From Eledone cirrhosa (taxonomy: Eukaryota), in the NCBI GenBank assembly GCA_964016885.1, contig OZ024742.1:376092001-376156000 (forward strand): a stretch of DNA of 64,000 bases, given 5' to 3'. A program made the translations under genes and the position numbers. Below, piece by piece: positions 16,118 to 28,195 of the stretch (position 1 is its first letter; the number at the start of each line of letters is the position of its first letter). Below the pieces are notes generated by a model, which was given only the letters and a program-made list of their open reading frames with translations, searched no databases and was not told the DNA's origin.

Positions 16118-16310
16118 GCGGTGAATTGGCAGTATCGGTAGAGGGTCGGACGCCATGCTTTCCAGCATAGTTATGTCCCTTTACGATCTGAGTTCAAATC
16201 CCGCCGAGGTTGACTTTGCCTTTCATCCTTACGGGGTCGATAAAATAAAGTACCAGTAATGCACTGGGTAATTGCTGGCCTTGTGCCTAAAGTAGAAACA
16301 ATTAATTAAT
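16118..16310 (+). mobile_element. tRNA-derived SINE
   Basis: Same family as 15626: GGCAGTATCGGTAGAGGGTCGG...GAGTTCAAATCCCGCCGAGG...AAAGTAGAAACAATT. Confidence 0.85.
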
Positions 16311-16424
16311 TGGAATAGAATATATTTCATTAGAAATATGGTTACAAAAGGGTTAATGTTATCACAGAAATATTTAGTATTTGAAGAGAAATACTAAATA
16401 TTTAGTGGAGTTACTAGAGTTTAA

Positions 16425-16605
16425 CTAAAGGTTGATAAAAAAGTACCAGTCTAATACTGGAGTCAACTCTTCCTCTATATCTCTTTCTCACTTCTTTTCT
16501 CAAACTCTCTATCCTTCTCTGGAAGAAATCTATAAAAATACCTTAAGAAATGCTGTGTATCAATATGGTGCCCCCTACAACTCCCTCAGGAGTTATGGGC
16601 CCTTA
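16425..16605 (+). mobile_element. 3' part of a long-tailed SINE variant (core, TC-rich tract, ...CAGGAGTTATGGGCCC)
   Basis: Homologous in reverse orientation to 17320-17590, 48935-49240 and 50907-51192. Confidence 0.55.
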
Positions 16606-16633
16606 CTGTATTAGAAACAATGAAATGTCTTAC

Positions 16634-16711
16634 GTTTCATCACAAGGTTTGGCCATGTGTGAGCATGTAGAGCTTGTATTATTCTGTTTATTCCATAGGA
16701 CTCTTGGAAAT
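16634..16711 (-). CDS. AAGAB: AAGAB coding exon 5 (DFQESYGINRIIQALHAHTWPNLVMK)
   Basis: Acceptor TTCTCTCAG and donor GTAAGA; phase 1-1, consistent with exon 4. Peptide matches the recalled vertebrate p34 segment [26 protein letters not shown]. Confidence 0.9.
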
Positions 16712-16788
16712 CTGAGAGAAAGACAAAGAATAAAAGGTGGTAGTAAAGCATTTCAAACGAAATGGAAATACTCTCAATACATAAAATT

Positions 16789-17157
16789 GGTACCATGACA
16801 AAAACACCCAGTCTACCCTGTTAGGTGGTTGTGATAGTACCATGACAAAAACACCCAGTCTACCCAGTTAGGTGGTTGTGATGGTACCATGACAAAAACA
16901 CCCAGTCTACCCTGTTAGATGGTTGTGATGGTACCATGACAAAAACACCCAGTCTACCCTGTTAGGTGGTTGTGATGGTACCATGACAAAAACACCCAGT
17001 CTACCCTGTTAGGTGGTTGTGATGGTACCATGACAAAAACACCCAGTCTACCCTGTTAGGTGGTTGTGATGGTACCATGACAAAAACACCCAGTCTACCC
17101 TGTTAGGTGGTTGTGATGGTACCATGACAAAAACACCCAGTCTACCCTGTTAGATGG
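16789..17157. repeat. 47-bp minisatellite, about 8 copies (GGTACCATGACAAAAACACCCAGTCTACCCTGTTAGGTGGTTGTGAT)
   Basis: TACCATGAC recurs at 16791, 16838, ...; lies in AAGAB intron 4. Confidence 0.95.
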
Positions 17158-17319
17158 TCTTGTTGGTACTGCAATGAAAAAGTACCCGGTCAACTTTTTG
17201 TTGTGTCACCAGCATGACCACCTTACAGGGTGGACTGGGTGCTTTTCCATCTAGGCAAAATTTTAAGTTAGAATGTAAAGAGATGGAACAAATACCACAA
17301 GGTAGCACAATGAGGCGTG

Positions 17320-17590
17320 CATGGTCCCATAATTCCTGGTGGAGTTGCTGGGACATTGTAGTGGCATACAGGATTTCTAGGACATGTCAAGCTTGGTAGA
17401 GCTCATCCCTCACCAGGTCTGAACAAAGAAGATTTCTGAGAGAAAGAGGGGGGGGGGGCAGAATCGGGCCCAGTACCAGTCTCATACTTTTTCTATCGAC
17501 CTCCAAAGGTTGAAAGGCAAAGTTCACCTTGACAGAATTTTAACTCAGAGAGCCTGAACAAATACTGCAAAGCATTCTAACGACTCCTGC
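17320..17590 (-). mobile_element. Degenerate long-tailed SINE
   Basis: CCCATAATTCCTG...CCCAGTAC...TGAAAGGCAAAGTTCACCT resembles the reverse complement of the SINE core and tail. Confidence 0.5.
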
Positions 17591-17636
17591 AAAATGATAA
17601 AAACCTTTAAAACAAATTATTGTAGTAAAAACAAAC

Positions 17637-17723
17637 CTTCTTCTTCATTTGAGTCAGGCTTCAATTCCACAAGTTCCATTGCATTTTCTACACACCAGTT
17701 TAATATAGTCATTCTTGGGACAG
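17637..17723 (-). CDS. AAGAB: AAGAB coding exon 4 (AVPRMTILNWCVENAMELVELKPDSNEEE)
   Basis: Acceptor TTGTTGTCAG and donor GTTTGT; 87 nt, phase 1-1. The WC-x4-ELVEL motif matches p34 (EWCIKHGFELVELSPEE). Confidence 0.88.
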
Positions 17724-17755
17724 CTGACAACAAAAACAATAATAATGGTTATAGC

Positions 17756-20700
17756 ATTGGTACAGTACTAATAAACAGTTTTACTGTCCTTATAGTCAGC
17801 AGTATTGGTACAGTACTAATAAACAGTTTTAATGTCCTTATAGTCAGCAGTATTGGTACAGTACTAATAAACAGTTTTACTGTCATTATAGTCAACAGTA
17901 TTGGTACAGTACTAATAAACAGTTTTACTGTCATTGTAGTCAGCAGTATTGGTACAGTACTAATAAACAGTTTTACTGTCATTATAGTCAACAGTATTGG
18001 TACAGTACTAATAAACAGTTTTACTGTCATTATAGTCAGCAGTATTGGTACAGTACTAATAAACAGTTTTACTGTCATTATAGTCAGCAGTATTGGTACA
18101 GTACTAATAAACAGTTTTACTGTCATTATAGTCAGCAGTACAGTACTATTGGTACAGTACTAATAAACAGTTTTACTGTCATTATAGTCAGCAGTACAGT
18201 ACTATTGGTACAGTACTAATAAACAGTTTTACTGTCATTATAGTCAGCAGTACAGTACTATTGGTACAGTACTAATAAACAGTTTTACTGTCATTATAGT
18301 CAGCAGTACAGTACTATTGGTACAGTACTAATAAACAGTTTTACTGTCATTATAGTCAGCAGTACAGTACTATTGGTACAGTACTAATAAACAGTTTTAC
18401 TGTCATTATAGTCAGCAGTATTGGTACAGTACTAATAAACAGTTTTACTGTCATTATAGTCAGCAGTATTGGTACAGTACTAATAAACAGTTTTACTGTC
18501 ATTATAGTCAGCAGTACAGTACTATTGGTACAGTACTAATAAACAGTTTTACTGTCATTATAGTCAGCAGTACAGTACTATTGGTACAGTACTAATAAAC
18601 AGTTTTACTGTCATTATAGTCAGCAGTACAGTACTATTGGTACAGTACTAATAAACAGTTTTACTGTCATTATAGTCAGCAGTATTGGTACAGTACTAAT
18701 AAACAGTTTTACTGTCATTATAGTCAGCAGTATTGGTACAGTACTAATAAACAGTTTTACTGTCATTATAGTCAGCAGTACAGTACTATTGGTACAGTAC
18801 TAATAAACAGTTTTACTGTCATTATAGTCAGCAGTACAGTACTATTGGTACAGTACTAATAAACAGTTTTACTGTCATTATAGTCAGCAGTATTGGTACA
18901 GTACTAATAAACAGTTTTACTGTCATTATAGTCAGCAGTACAGTACTATTGGTACAGTACTAATAAACAGTTTTACTGTCATTATAGTCAGCAGTATTGG
19001 TACAGTACTAATAAACAGTTTTACTGTCATTATAGTCAGCAGTATTGGTACAGTACTAATAAACAGTTTTACTGTCATTATAGTCAGCAGTACAGTACTA
19101 TTGGTACAGTACTAATAAACAGTTTTACTGTCATTATAGTCAGCAGTATTGGTACAGTACTAATAAACAGTTTTACTGTCATTATAGTCAGCAGTACAGT
19201 ACTATTGGTACAGTACTAATAAACAGTTTTACTGTCATTATAGTCAGCAGTACAGTACTATTGGTACAGTACTAATAAACAGTTTTACTGTCATTATAGT
19301 CAGCAGTACAGTACTATTGGTACAGTACTAATAAACAGTTTTACTGTCATTATAGTCAGCAGTACAGTACTATTGGTACAGTACTAATAAACAGTTTTAC
19401 TGTCATTATAGTCAGCAGTACAGTACTATTGGTACAGTACTAATAAACAGTTTTACTGTCATTATAGTCAGCAGTACAGTACTATTGGTACAGTACTAAT
19501 AAACAGTTTTACTGTCATTATAGTCAGCAGTATTGGTACAGTACTAATAAACAGTTTTACTGTCATTATAGTCAGCAGTACAGTACTATTGGTACAGTAC
19601 TAATAAACAGTTTTACTGTCATTATAGTCAGCAGTACAGTACTATTGGTACAGTACTAATAAACAGTTTTACTGTCATTATAGTCAGCAGTACAGTACTA
19701 TTGGTACAGTACTAATAAACAGTTTTACTGTCATTATAGTCAGCAGTACAGTACTATTGGTACAGTACTAATAAACAGTTTTACTGTCATTATAGTCAGC
19801 AGTACAGTACTATTGGTACAGTACTAATAAACAGTTTTACTGTCATTATAGTCAGCAGTACAGTACTATTGGTACAGTACTAATAAACAGTTTTACTGTC
19901 ATTATAGTCAGCAGTACAGTACTATTGGTACAGTACTAATAAACAGTTTTACTGTCATTATAGTCAGCAGTATTGGTACAGTACTAATAAACAGTTTTAC
20001 TGTCATTATAGTCAGCAGTACAGTACTATTGGTACAGTACTAATAAACAGTTTTACTGTCATTATAGTCAGCAGTACAGTACTATTGGTACAGTACTAAT
20101 AAACAGTTTTACTGTCATTATAGTCAGCAGTACAGTACTATTGGTACAGTACTAATAAACAGTTTTACTGTCATTATAGTCAGCAGTACAGTACTATTGG
20201 TACAGTACTAATAAACAGTTTTACTGTCATTATAGTCAGCAGTACAGTACTATTGGTACAGTACTAATAAACAGTTTTACTGTCATTATAGTCAGCAGTA
20301 CAGTACTATTGGTACAGTACTAATAAACAGTTTTACTGTCATTATAGTCAGCAGTACAGTACTATTGGTACAGTACTAATAAACAGTTTTACTGTCATTA
20401 TAGTCAGCAGTACAGTACTATTGGTACAGTACTAATAAACAGTTTTACTGTCATTATAGTCAGCAGTACAGTACTATTGGTACAGTACTAAAAAACAGTT
20501 TTACTGTCATTATAGTCAGCAGTACAGTACTATTGGTACAGTACTAATAAACAGTTTTAGTGTCATTATAGTCAGCAGTACAGTACTATTGGTACAGTAC
20601 TAATAAACAGTTTTACTGTCATTATAGTCAGCAGTACAGTACTATTGGTACAGTACTAATAAACAGTTTTACTGTCATTATAGTCAGCAGTACAGTACTA

Positions 20701-23700
20701 TTGGTACAGTACTAATAAACAGTTTTACTGTCATTATAGTCAGCAGTACAGTACTATTGGTACAGTACTAATAAACAGTTTTACTGTCATTATAGTCAGC
20801 AGTACAGTACTATTGGTACAGTACTAATAAACAGTTTTACTGTCATTATAGTCAGCAGTACAGTACTATTGGTACAGTACTAATAAACAGTTTTACTGTC
20901 ATTATAGTCAGCAGTACAGTACTATTGGTACAGTACTAATAAACAGTTTTACTGTCATTATAGTCAGCAGTACAGTACTATTGGTACAGTACTAATAAAC
21001 AGTTTTACTGTCATTATAGTCAGCAGTACAGTACTATTGGTACAGTACTAATAAACAGTTTTACTGTCATTATAGTCAGCAGTACAGTACTATTGGTACA
21101 GTACTAATAAACAGTTTTACTGTCATTATAGTCAGCAGTACAGTACTATTGGTACAGTACTAATAAACAGTTTTACTGTCATTATAGTCAGCAGTACAGT
21201 ACTATTGGTACAGTACTAATAAACAGTTTTACTGTCATTATAGTCAGCAGTACAGTACTATTGGTACAGTACTAATAAACAGTTTTACTGTCATTATAGT
21301 CAGCAGTACAGTACTATTGGTACAGTACTAATAAACAGTTTTACTGTCATTATAGTCAGCAGTACAGTACTATTGGTACAGTACTAATAAACAGTTTTAC
21401 TGTCATTATAGTCAGCAGTACAGTACTATTGGTACAGTACTAATAAACAGTTTTACTGTCATTATAGTCAGCAGTACAGTACTATTGGTACAGTACTAAT
21501 AAACAGTTTTACTGTCATTATAGTCAGCAGTACAGTACTATTGGTACAGTACTAATAAACAGTTTTACTGTCATTATAGTCAGCAGTACAGTACTATTGG
21601 TACAGTACTAATAAACAGTTTTACTGTCATTATAGTCAGCAGTACAGTACTATTGGTACAGTACTAATAAACAGTTTTACTGTCATTATAGTCAGCAGTA
21701 CAGTACTATTGGTACAGTACTAATAAACAGTTTTACTGTCATTATAGTCAGCAGTACAGTACTATTGGTACAGTACTAATAAACAGTTTTACTGTCATTA
21801 TAGTCAGCAGTACAGTACTATTGGTACAGTACTAATAAACAGTTTTACTGTCATTATAGTCAGCAGTACAGTACTATTGGTACAGTACTAATAAACAGTT
21901 TTACTGTCATTATAGTCAGCAGTACAGTACTATTGGTACAGTACTAATAAACAGTTTTACTGTCATTATAGTCAGCAGTACAGTACTATTGGTACAGTAC
22001 TAATAAACAGTTTTACTGTCATTATAGTCAGCAGTACAGTACTATTGGTACAGTACTAATAAACAGTTTTACTGTCATTATAGTCAGCAGTACAGTACTA
22101 TTGGTACAGTACTAATAAACAGTTTTACTGTCATTATAGTCAGCAGTACAGTACTATTGGTACAGTACTAATAAACAGTTTTACTGTCATTATAGTCAGC
22201 AGTACAGTACTATTGGTACAGTACTAATAAACAGTTTTACTGTCATTATAGTCAGCAGTACAGTACTATTGGTACAGTACTAATAAACAGTTTTACTGTC
22301 ATTATAGTCAGCAGTACAGTACTATTGGTACAGTACTAATAAACAGTTTTACTGTCATTATAGTCAGCAGTACAGTACTATTGGTACAGTACTAATAAAC
22401 AGTTTTACTGTCATTATAGTCAGCAGTACAGTACTATTGGTACAGTACTAATAAACAGTTTTACTGTCATTATAGTCAGCAGTACAGTACTATTGGTACA
22501 GTACTAATAAACAGTTTTACTGTCATTATAGTCAGCAGTACAGTACTATTGGTACAGTACTAATAAACAGTTTTACTGTCATTATAGTCAGCAGTACAGT
22601 ACTATTGGTACAGTACTAATAAACAGTTTTACTGTCATTATAGTCAGCAGTACAGTACTATTGGTACAGTACTAATAAACAGTTTTACTGTCATTATAGT
22701 CAGCAGTACAGTACTATTGGTACAGTACTAATAAACAGTTTTACTGTCATTATAGTCAGCAGTACAGTACTATTGGTACAGTACTAATAAACAGTTTTAC
22801 TGTCATTATAGTCAGCAGTACAGTACTATTGGTACAGTACTAATAAACAGTTTTACTGTCATTATAGTCAGCAGTACAGTACTATTGGTACAGTACTAAT
22901 AAACAGTTTTACTGTCATTATAGTCAGCAGTACAGTACTATTGGTACAGTACTAATAAACAGTTTTACTGTCATTATAGTCAGCAGTACAGTACTATTGG
23001 TACAGTACTAATAAACAGTTTTACTGTCATTATAGTCAGCAGTACAGTACTATTGGTACAGTACTAATAAACAGTTTTACTGTCATTATAGTCAGCAGTA
23101 CAGTACTATTGGTACAGTACTAATAAACAGTTTTACTGTCATTATAGTCAGCAGTACAGTACTATTGGTACAGTACTAATAAACAGTTTTACTGTCATTA
23201 TAGTCAGCAGTATTGGTACAGTACTAATAAACAGTTTTACTGTCATTATAGTCAGCAGTACAGTACTATTGGTACAGTACTAATAAACAGTTTTACTGTC
23301 ATTATAGTCAGCAGTACAGTACTATTGGTACAGTACTAATAAACAGTTTTACTGTCATTATAGTCAGCAGTACAGTACTATTGGTACAGTACTAATAAAC
23401 AGTTTTACTGTCATTATAGTCAGCAGTACAGTACTATTGGTACAGTACTAATAAACAGTTTTACTGTCATTATAGTCAGCAGTACAGTACTATTGGTACA
23501 GTACTAATAAACAGTTTTACTGTCATTATAGTCAGCAGTATTGGTACAGTACTAATAAACAGTTTTACTGTCATTATAGTCAGCAGTACAGTACTATTGG
23601 TACAGTACTAATAAACAGTTTTACTGTCATTATAGTCAGCAGTACAGTACTATTGGTACAGTACTAATAAACAGTTTTACTGTCATTATAGTCAGCAGTA

Positions 23701-24488
23701 CAGTACTATTGGTACAGTACTAATAAACAGTTTTACTGTCATTATAGTCAGCAGTACAGTACTATTGGTACAGTACTAATAAACAGTTTTACTGTCATTA
23801 TAGTCAGCAGTACAGTACTATTGGTACAGTACTAATAAACAGTTTTACTGTCATTATAGTCAGCAGTACAGTACTATTGGTACAGTACTAATAAACAGTT
23901 TTACTGTCATTATAGTCAGCAGTACAGTACTATTGGTACAGTACTAATAAACAGTTTTACTGTCATTATAGTCAGCAGTATTGGTACAGTACTAATAAAC
24001 AGTTTTACTGTCATTATAGTCAGCAGTACAGTACTATTGGTACAGTACTAATAAACAGTTTTACTGTCATTATAGTCAGCAGTACAGTACTATTGGTACA
24101 GTACTAATAAACAGTTTTACTGTCATTATAGTCAGCAGTACAGTACTATTGGTACAGTACTAATAAACAGTTTTACTGTCATTATAGTCAGCAGTACAGT
24201 ACTATTGGTACAGTACTAATAAACAGTTTTACTGTCATTATAGTCAGCAGTACAGTACTATTGGTACAGTACTAATAAACAGTTTTACTGTCATTATAGT
24301 CAGCAGTATTGGTACAGTACTAATAAACAGTTTTACTGTCATTATAGTCAGCAGTACAGTACTATTGGTACAGTACTAATAAACAGTTTTACTGTCATTA
24401 TAGTCAGCAGTACAGTACTATTGGTACAGTACTAATAAACAGTTTTACTGTCATTATAGTCAGCAGTACAGTACTATTGGTACAGTAA
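17756..24488. repeat. Satellite array with 48-bp and 56-bp units (TATTGGTACAGTACTAATAAACAGTTTTACTGTCATTATAGTCAGCAG, with or without TACAGTAC)
   Basis: Near-perfect tandem units. The 48-bp form dominates the left edge and the 56-bp form the centre. Lies in AAGAB intron 3. Confidence 0.98.
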
Positions 24489-24547
24489 CTTAGGAGTTAT
24501 TTATATTTTCATATATCCTCTTCATAATCTTTGAAACAACACAGATG

Positions 24548-24979
24548 CAGAGCCGGATTTATGATATGGTGGTGGGGAGATGCCCTGGGTCCCCCTTCAT
24601 CAAATAGAGTCTGCTACACTACTTTCACCTTTCATGTGGTGATCTTCTGAAACTTATATATGTATATATATAAACGTGGTTGGTGTCCGGAAGGGCATCC
24701 AGCTGTAAAAGTCCCAGCCAAAATACCGTTCTGTCTGAGCAAGGTATGACACAACCATCTGGCCAGACTTGTCTTATGATGTGGCTGACCTGTCTAACCC
24801 ATGCAAACATGGAAAAATAGATGTTAAACAGTGATGATGATATATATGATCGTCGTTTTAATGTCCATTTTCCCTGCTAGCAAGGCTTGGCCAGGTCCAT
24901 ATAGACCACGTCAGTACTGAAGGGGAGCCACTGATCTCCCAGGCAGGCCAGGGACCTGTGTCTCGCTTATGTATGTGTG

Positions 24980-25024
<45 letters not shown>

Positions 25025-25030
25025 TATGAT

Positions 25031-25085
<55 letters not shown>

Positions 25086-25185
25086 TATGATTATATATAT
25101 ATATATGTGTGTGTGTGTGAGAGTTGTTATATGAGGGGCTCACCAAACCTGAACTGTCTCCAGCCCCCGTCTAAATCTGGTCCTG
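24548..25185. mobile_element. Putative hAT-type MITE with nested RTE 3' fragments and (TA)/(TG) microsatellites
   Basis: Imperfect TIRs CAGAGCCGGATTTA ... TAAATCTGGTCCTG. Flanking 8-mers CACAGATG and CACATACA match only partly. Confidence 0.4.
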
Positions 25186-25200
25186 CACATACACATGCAT

Positions 25201-25237
<37 letters not shown>

Positions 25238-25268
25238 CATGTACACACACACACACATACATATGCAT

Positions 25269-25303
<35 letters not shown>

Positions 25304-25350
25304 TATGCATGTACACACATACACATGCATGTACACATACACATGTATGT
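24969..25350. repeat. Compound (TA)n/(TG)n/(CA)n microsatellites
   Basis: Directly visible dinucleotide runs. Confidence 0.95.
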
Positions 25351-25380
25351 AATGAGATTGATATACCAACATAATCTTAC

Positions 25381-25480
25381 CTGTGAAATCAGAACAGTGC
25401 CTACATAGAATTATTTGGATGTCTGGTTTATTTTGACTAAGGAATGGTAACCAACTCTTCACTGTTTCAAAACTTGCTTC
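25381..25480 (-). CDS. AAGAB: AAGAB coding exon 3 (EASFETVKSWLPFLSQNKPDIQIILCRHCSDFT)
   Basis: Acceptor AATTTACAG and donor GTAAGA; 100 nt, phase 0-1. SWLP...P..I..C matches p34 ([22 protein letters not shown]). Confidence 0.9.
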
Positions 25481-25520
25481 CTGTAAATTGTATAAATTTT
25501 AAAATCAGTCATTTTTGCCC

Positions 25521-25771
25521 CTTGTTAGCTGTCGGGACACTGCATCCTTCAAAACTGCCATATTTCCTGAAATTCGCTAACACTATACCTGATATTCCCC
25601 CTCCACACACACACACACATGCATGTATGTATGTGTGTATATAATGACTCATACACTATTCACTTTCCTGACAGTTGTACATTATTCTATGTACTATACA
25701 TGCACCTTTGATGAGTTGCAGTGCACCTGAGCACTGTATACAATAATTTCATTATTATCATCATTATTATT
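25521..25771 (+). mobile_element. CR1-type LINE 3' end with (ATT)n tail
   Basis: Homologous to 28320-28540, 41160-41380 and 44200-44520. Confidence 0.75.
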
Positions 25772-25960
25772 TGGATTGGCAGTATCGGTAGAGGGTCGGA
25801 CGCCATGCTTTGCAGCACAGTTACGTCCCTTTACGGACTGAGTTCAAAACCCGCCGAGGTTAACTTTGCCTTTCATCCTTAAGGGGTCGATAAAATAAAG
25901 TACCAGTAATACACTGGGATAATTGCTGGCCTTGTGCCAAAAGTAGAAACAATTATTATT
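25772..25960 (+). mobile_element. tRNA-derived SINE
   Basis: Near-identical to 16118-16310. Confidence 0.85.
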
Positions 25961-26081
25961 TATATTATAATATATTAATTATAATGAGTCAGATTTCTTC
26001 TAGCTTCGCTGCAATCCACTTACTTAATGAATTTACAATTACCGTATAGTGTAAATATGAATCAGAGTTGACACAATATGT

Positions 26082-26195
26082 TACACAATATGTTACACAA
26101 GAGTTGACACAATATGTTACACAAGAGTTGAGACAATATGTTACACAAGAGTTGACACAATATGTTACACAAGAGTTGAGACAATATGTAACAGA
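26082..26195. repeat. About 24-bp minisatellite (AGAGTTGACACAATATGTTACACA)
   Basis: About 4 visible units. Confidence 0.85.
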
Positions 26196-26534
26196 GTCCT
26201 TTTCATCCTATGTTTGTTTTTCCATATAACCTCTCTTGTGTTGGTGTCACAATAAGATACACCCAGTCTTCTCTGTAAAGAGGTTGTGCTGGTGTCACAA
26301 TAAGATACACTCGGTACATCACGTAAGATGGTTGGCATAAGGAAGGCCATCCAGCTGTAGAAGCCATTCCAAATATGGTATGTAATGAGCAGGAAGGGCT
26401 TGCTCTGACCTGTCTAGTCATGGAACCCATCGAATCCGTCCAACCCATGGCAGCATAGAAAGTAGATGTAAACATGGTGATGATGATGTTGATTTCATAA
26501 CATTAGATATGTAAATAACACTGTAATGAAATAA

Positions 26535-26713
26535 GTATACATTTCATACAATTGATATATGTATACATTTCATACAATTGATATATGTATACATTTCATA
26601 CAATTGATATATGTATACATTTCATAGAATTGATATATGTATACATTTCATAGAATTGATATATGTATACATTTCATACAATTGATATATGTATACATTT
26701 CATAGAATTGATA
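26535..26713. repeat. 26-bp minisatellite (ATTGATATATGTATACATTTCATA[C/G]A), resuming at 27801-27840
   Basis: Period of 26; interrupted by RTE insertions. Confidence 0.9.
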
Positions 26714-27800
26714 TCATCATCATCATCATCATCGTTTAACGTCCATGTTCCACGCTTGCATGGGTTTGGACGGGAGTTTTCCCACTTGAGGCAAGAGTGG
26801 TTGTCTTGCTCGCATAGGACTGTCTGGCAGGTTTTCTACGGCTGGATGCCCTTCCTAACACCAACCACGTTTACAGTGTGGGACTGGGAGGTTTTTACCG
26901 TGTTGCCTACACAGCCACGTTTACAGCGTGGACTGTGTGGTTTTTTGTCGTGACACCTACACGATCTCATTTGTTTCGGCCTGGATGTTGTGGCACCAAC
27001 TAACTTTACATTGAAAGGGGCGGTGTGGATGGGGTGGGGGTGGTGTTATGGGGGCGTATTTTGTTAGAGATGCCTACTGACTGTAGTAGGTTTACTTTGT
27101 ATTTAGGCAAGGCGGGTCTTCTCTATTACTGAGTACCGCCAAAGATCTCGGTCCAGTGACATTGTCTTGGAGAGGTGTAAGTGTGTGAGGTCGGAATTTA
27201 TCAGGTCGTCCCAGGTTTTTCTGGGTCTGCCTACTCCGTGGCTACCGTCTATCTTTATTGCCCTGCACTTTGTTATACAGCTGTCGTCTTTCATGCGCAT
27301 CACGTGACCATACCAACGTAACCTTCTCTCGAGTAAACAACATCTGATCCCTCTTATTTCTAATTTTTTCCTTAGTTCGTTTATGCTTTGCCGTTCGCGT
27401 ATATTACTATTACACATCCAGCAGAGCATGCAAGCTTCGTTCCTCTCCAGTCTGCGTATATCCTCTGCACACAATGCCCAGGTCTCACTGCCATGTAACA
27501 TTGCTGTTCGTATGCAGGCACCATACAACCTGCCTTTCATTTTTAGGGAGAACCCATTAGCGGCTAATAGTGGTATAAGCTCTCTGAACTTTTTCCATCC
27601 AGTTCTGACTCTAGCTACTGTACTTTCAGAGCACACTCCCCCACTGCTGATTTTGTCACCCAGGTAACGGAAGCTGTCCACTATTTCTATAGAACCCTCT
27701 GCGCAATTGAAAGAGCTAGTATTTTGTGGGCACTTGCTGCTACTTATTGCACCACAGCACCGGCCACATGTAAAATCTATGTTCTTAGTTAGCTTACCTG
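26714..27800 (-). mobile_element. 5'-truncated RTE-clade LINE (RT C-terminus, 3' UTR, (GAT)n tail)
   Basis: ORF 27103-27816 contains FRYLG, LHGSETW, RRLRWYGHVMR and GRPRKTW; (CAT)n on the + strand at 26714. Confidence 0.92.
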
Positions 27801-27840
27801 TGATATATGTATACATTTCATAGAATTGATATATGTATAC

Positions 27841-27898
27841 ATCATCATCATCATCACCGTTTTACGTCCGTTCTTCCACGCTAGCATGGGTTAGACGT
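27841..27898 (-). mobile_element. Extreme 3' end of an RTE LINE
   Basis: Reverse complement of 30848-30905. Confidence 0.8.
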
Positions 27899-27949
27899 AT
27901 TATTTCATAGAATGCTGTTTTTGATGGCTTTCCTCCTACTCACTCCCCA

Positions 27950-28105
27950 AATGCACCTGGTTCTTGCAGCAGTCCTCCACCAGCTTCTGGTATTTTCTCT
28001 TCCTGTCCTGAACCTCCTCCATTCTATCCTCCCAGGAAACAGTCAGCTGCAGTAGAATGAGCTGTCTTGTTACCCTAGAAACCAAGATATCTGACCTCAT
28101 ATACT
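27950..28105 (-). mobile_element. Restriction-like endonuclease fragment of an RLE non-LTR retrotransposon (Hero/R2-group)
   Basis: Minus strand reads MRSDILVSRVTRQLILLQLTVSWEDRMEEVQDRKRKYQKLVEDC, resembling the RPD...ELTVPWE...K..KY motif. Confidence 0.65.
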
Positions 28106-28195
28106 TATAAAAACTAGGACAATAAAATATAATTAAAAGGTTTCCTTAACAATAACCCTTTCATTACTGTATTTCTACTGAAAGACACTACCTAT

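Larger units (their letters stand above)
15523..16356. mobile_element. TTAA-CCCTTT-ended non-autonomous DNA element(s), piggyBac-like MITE, interrupted by SINEs
   Basis: Left end TTAGCCCTTTCATGACTGCATTTCTAATGAAATATATTCTAT. The reverse complement of 16310-16356 reads TTAACCCTTTTGTAACCATATTTCTAATGAAATATATTCTAT. Related sequence occurs at 30126-30980 and 47181-47419. Confidence 0.5.

Noticed and set aside
17594-18163. 189-aa and 125-aa repeat ORFs on both strands
   Set aside because: Read-through of 48-bp satellite units; the real coding signal is AAGAB exon 4 on the minus strand.
1-24488. CRISPR-like appearance of the regular palindromic arrays
   Set aside because: Units are contiguous with no unique spacers, there are no cas genes, and the context is a eukaryotic intron.
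24969-25408. His/Thr- and Val/Cys-rich ORFs (also the YIYI ORFs at 60884-61200)
   Set aside because: Translations of dinucleotide microsatellites.
27950-28105. Possible extra AAGAB exon
   Set aside because: Exons 2 and 3 already join in frame, and the peptide resembles a retrotransposon RLE domain.
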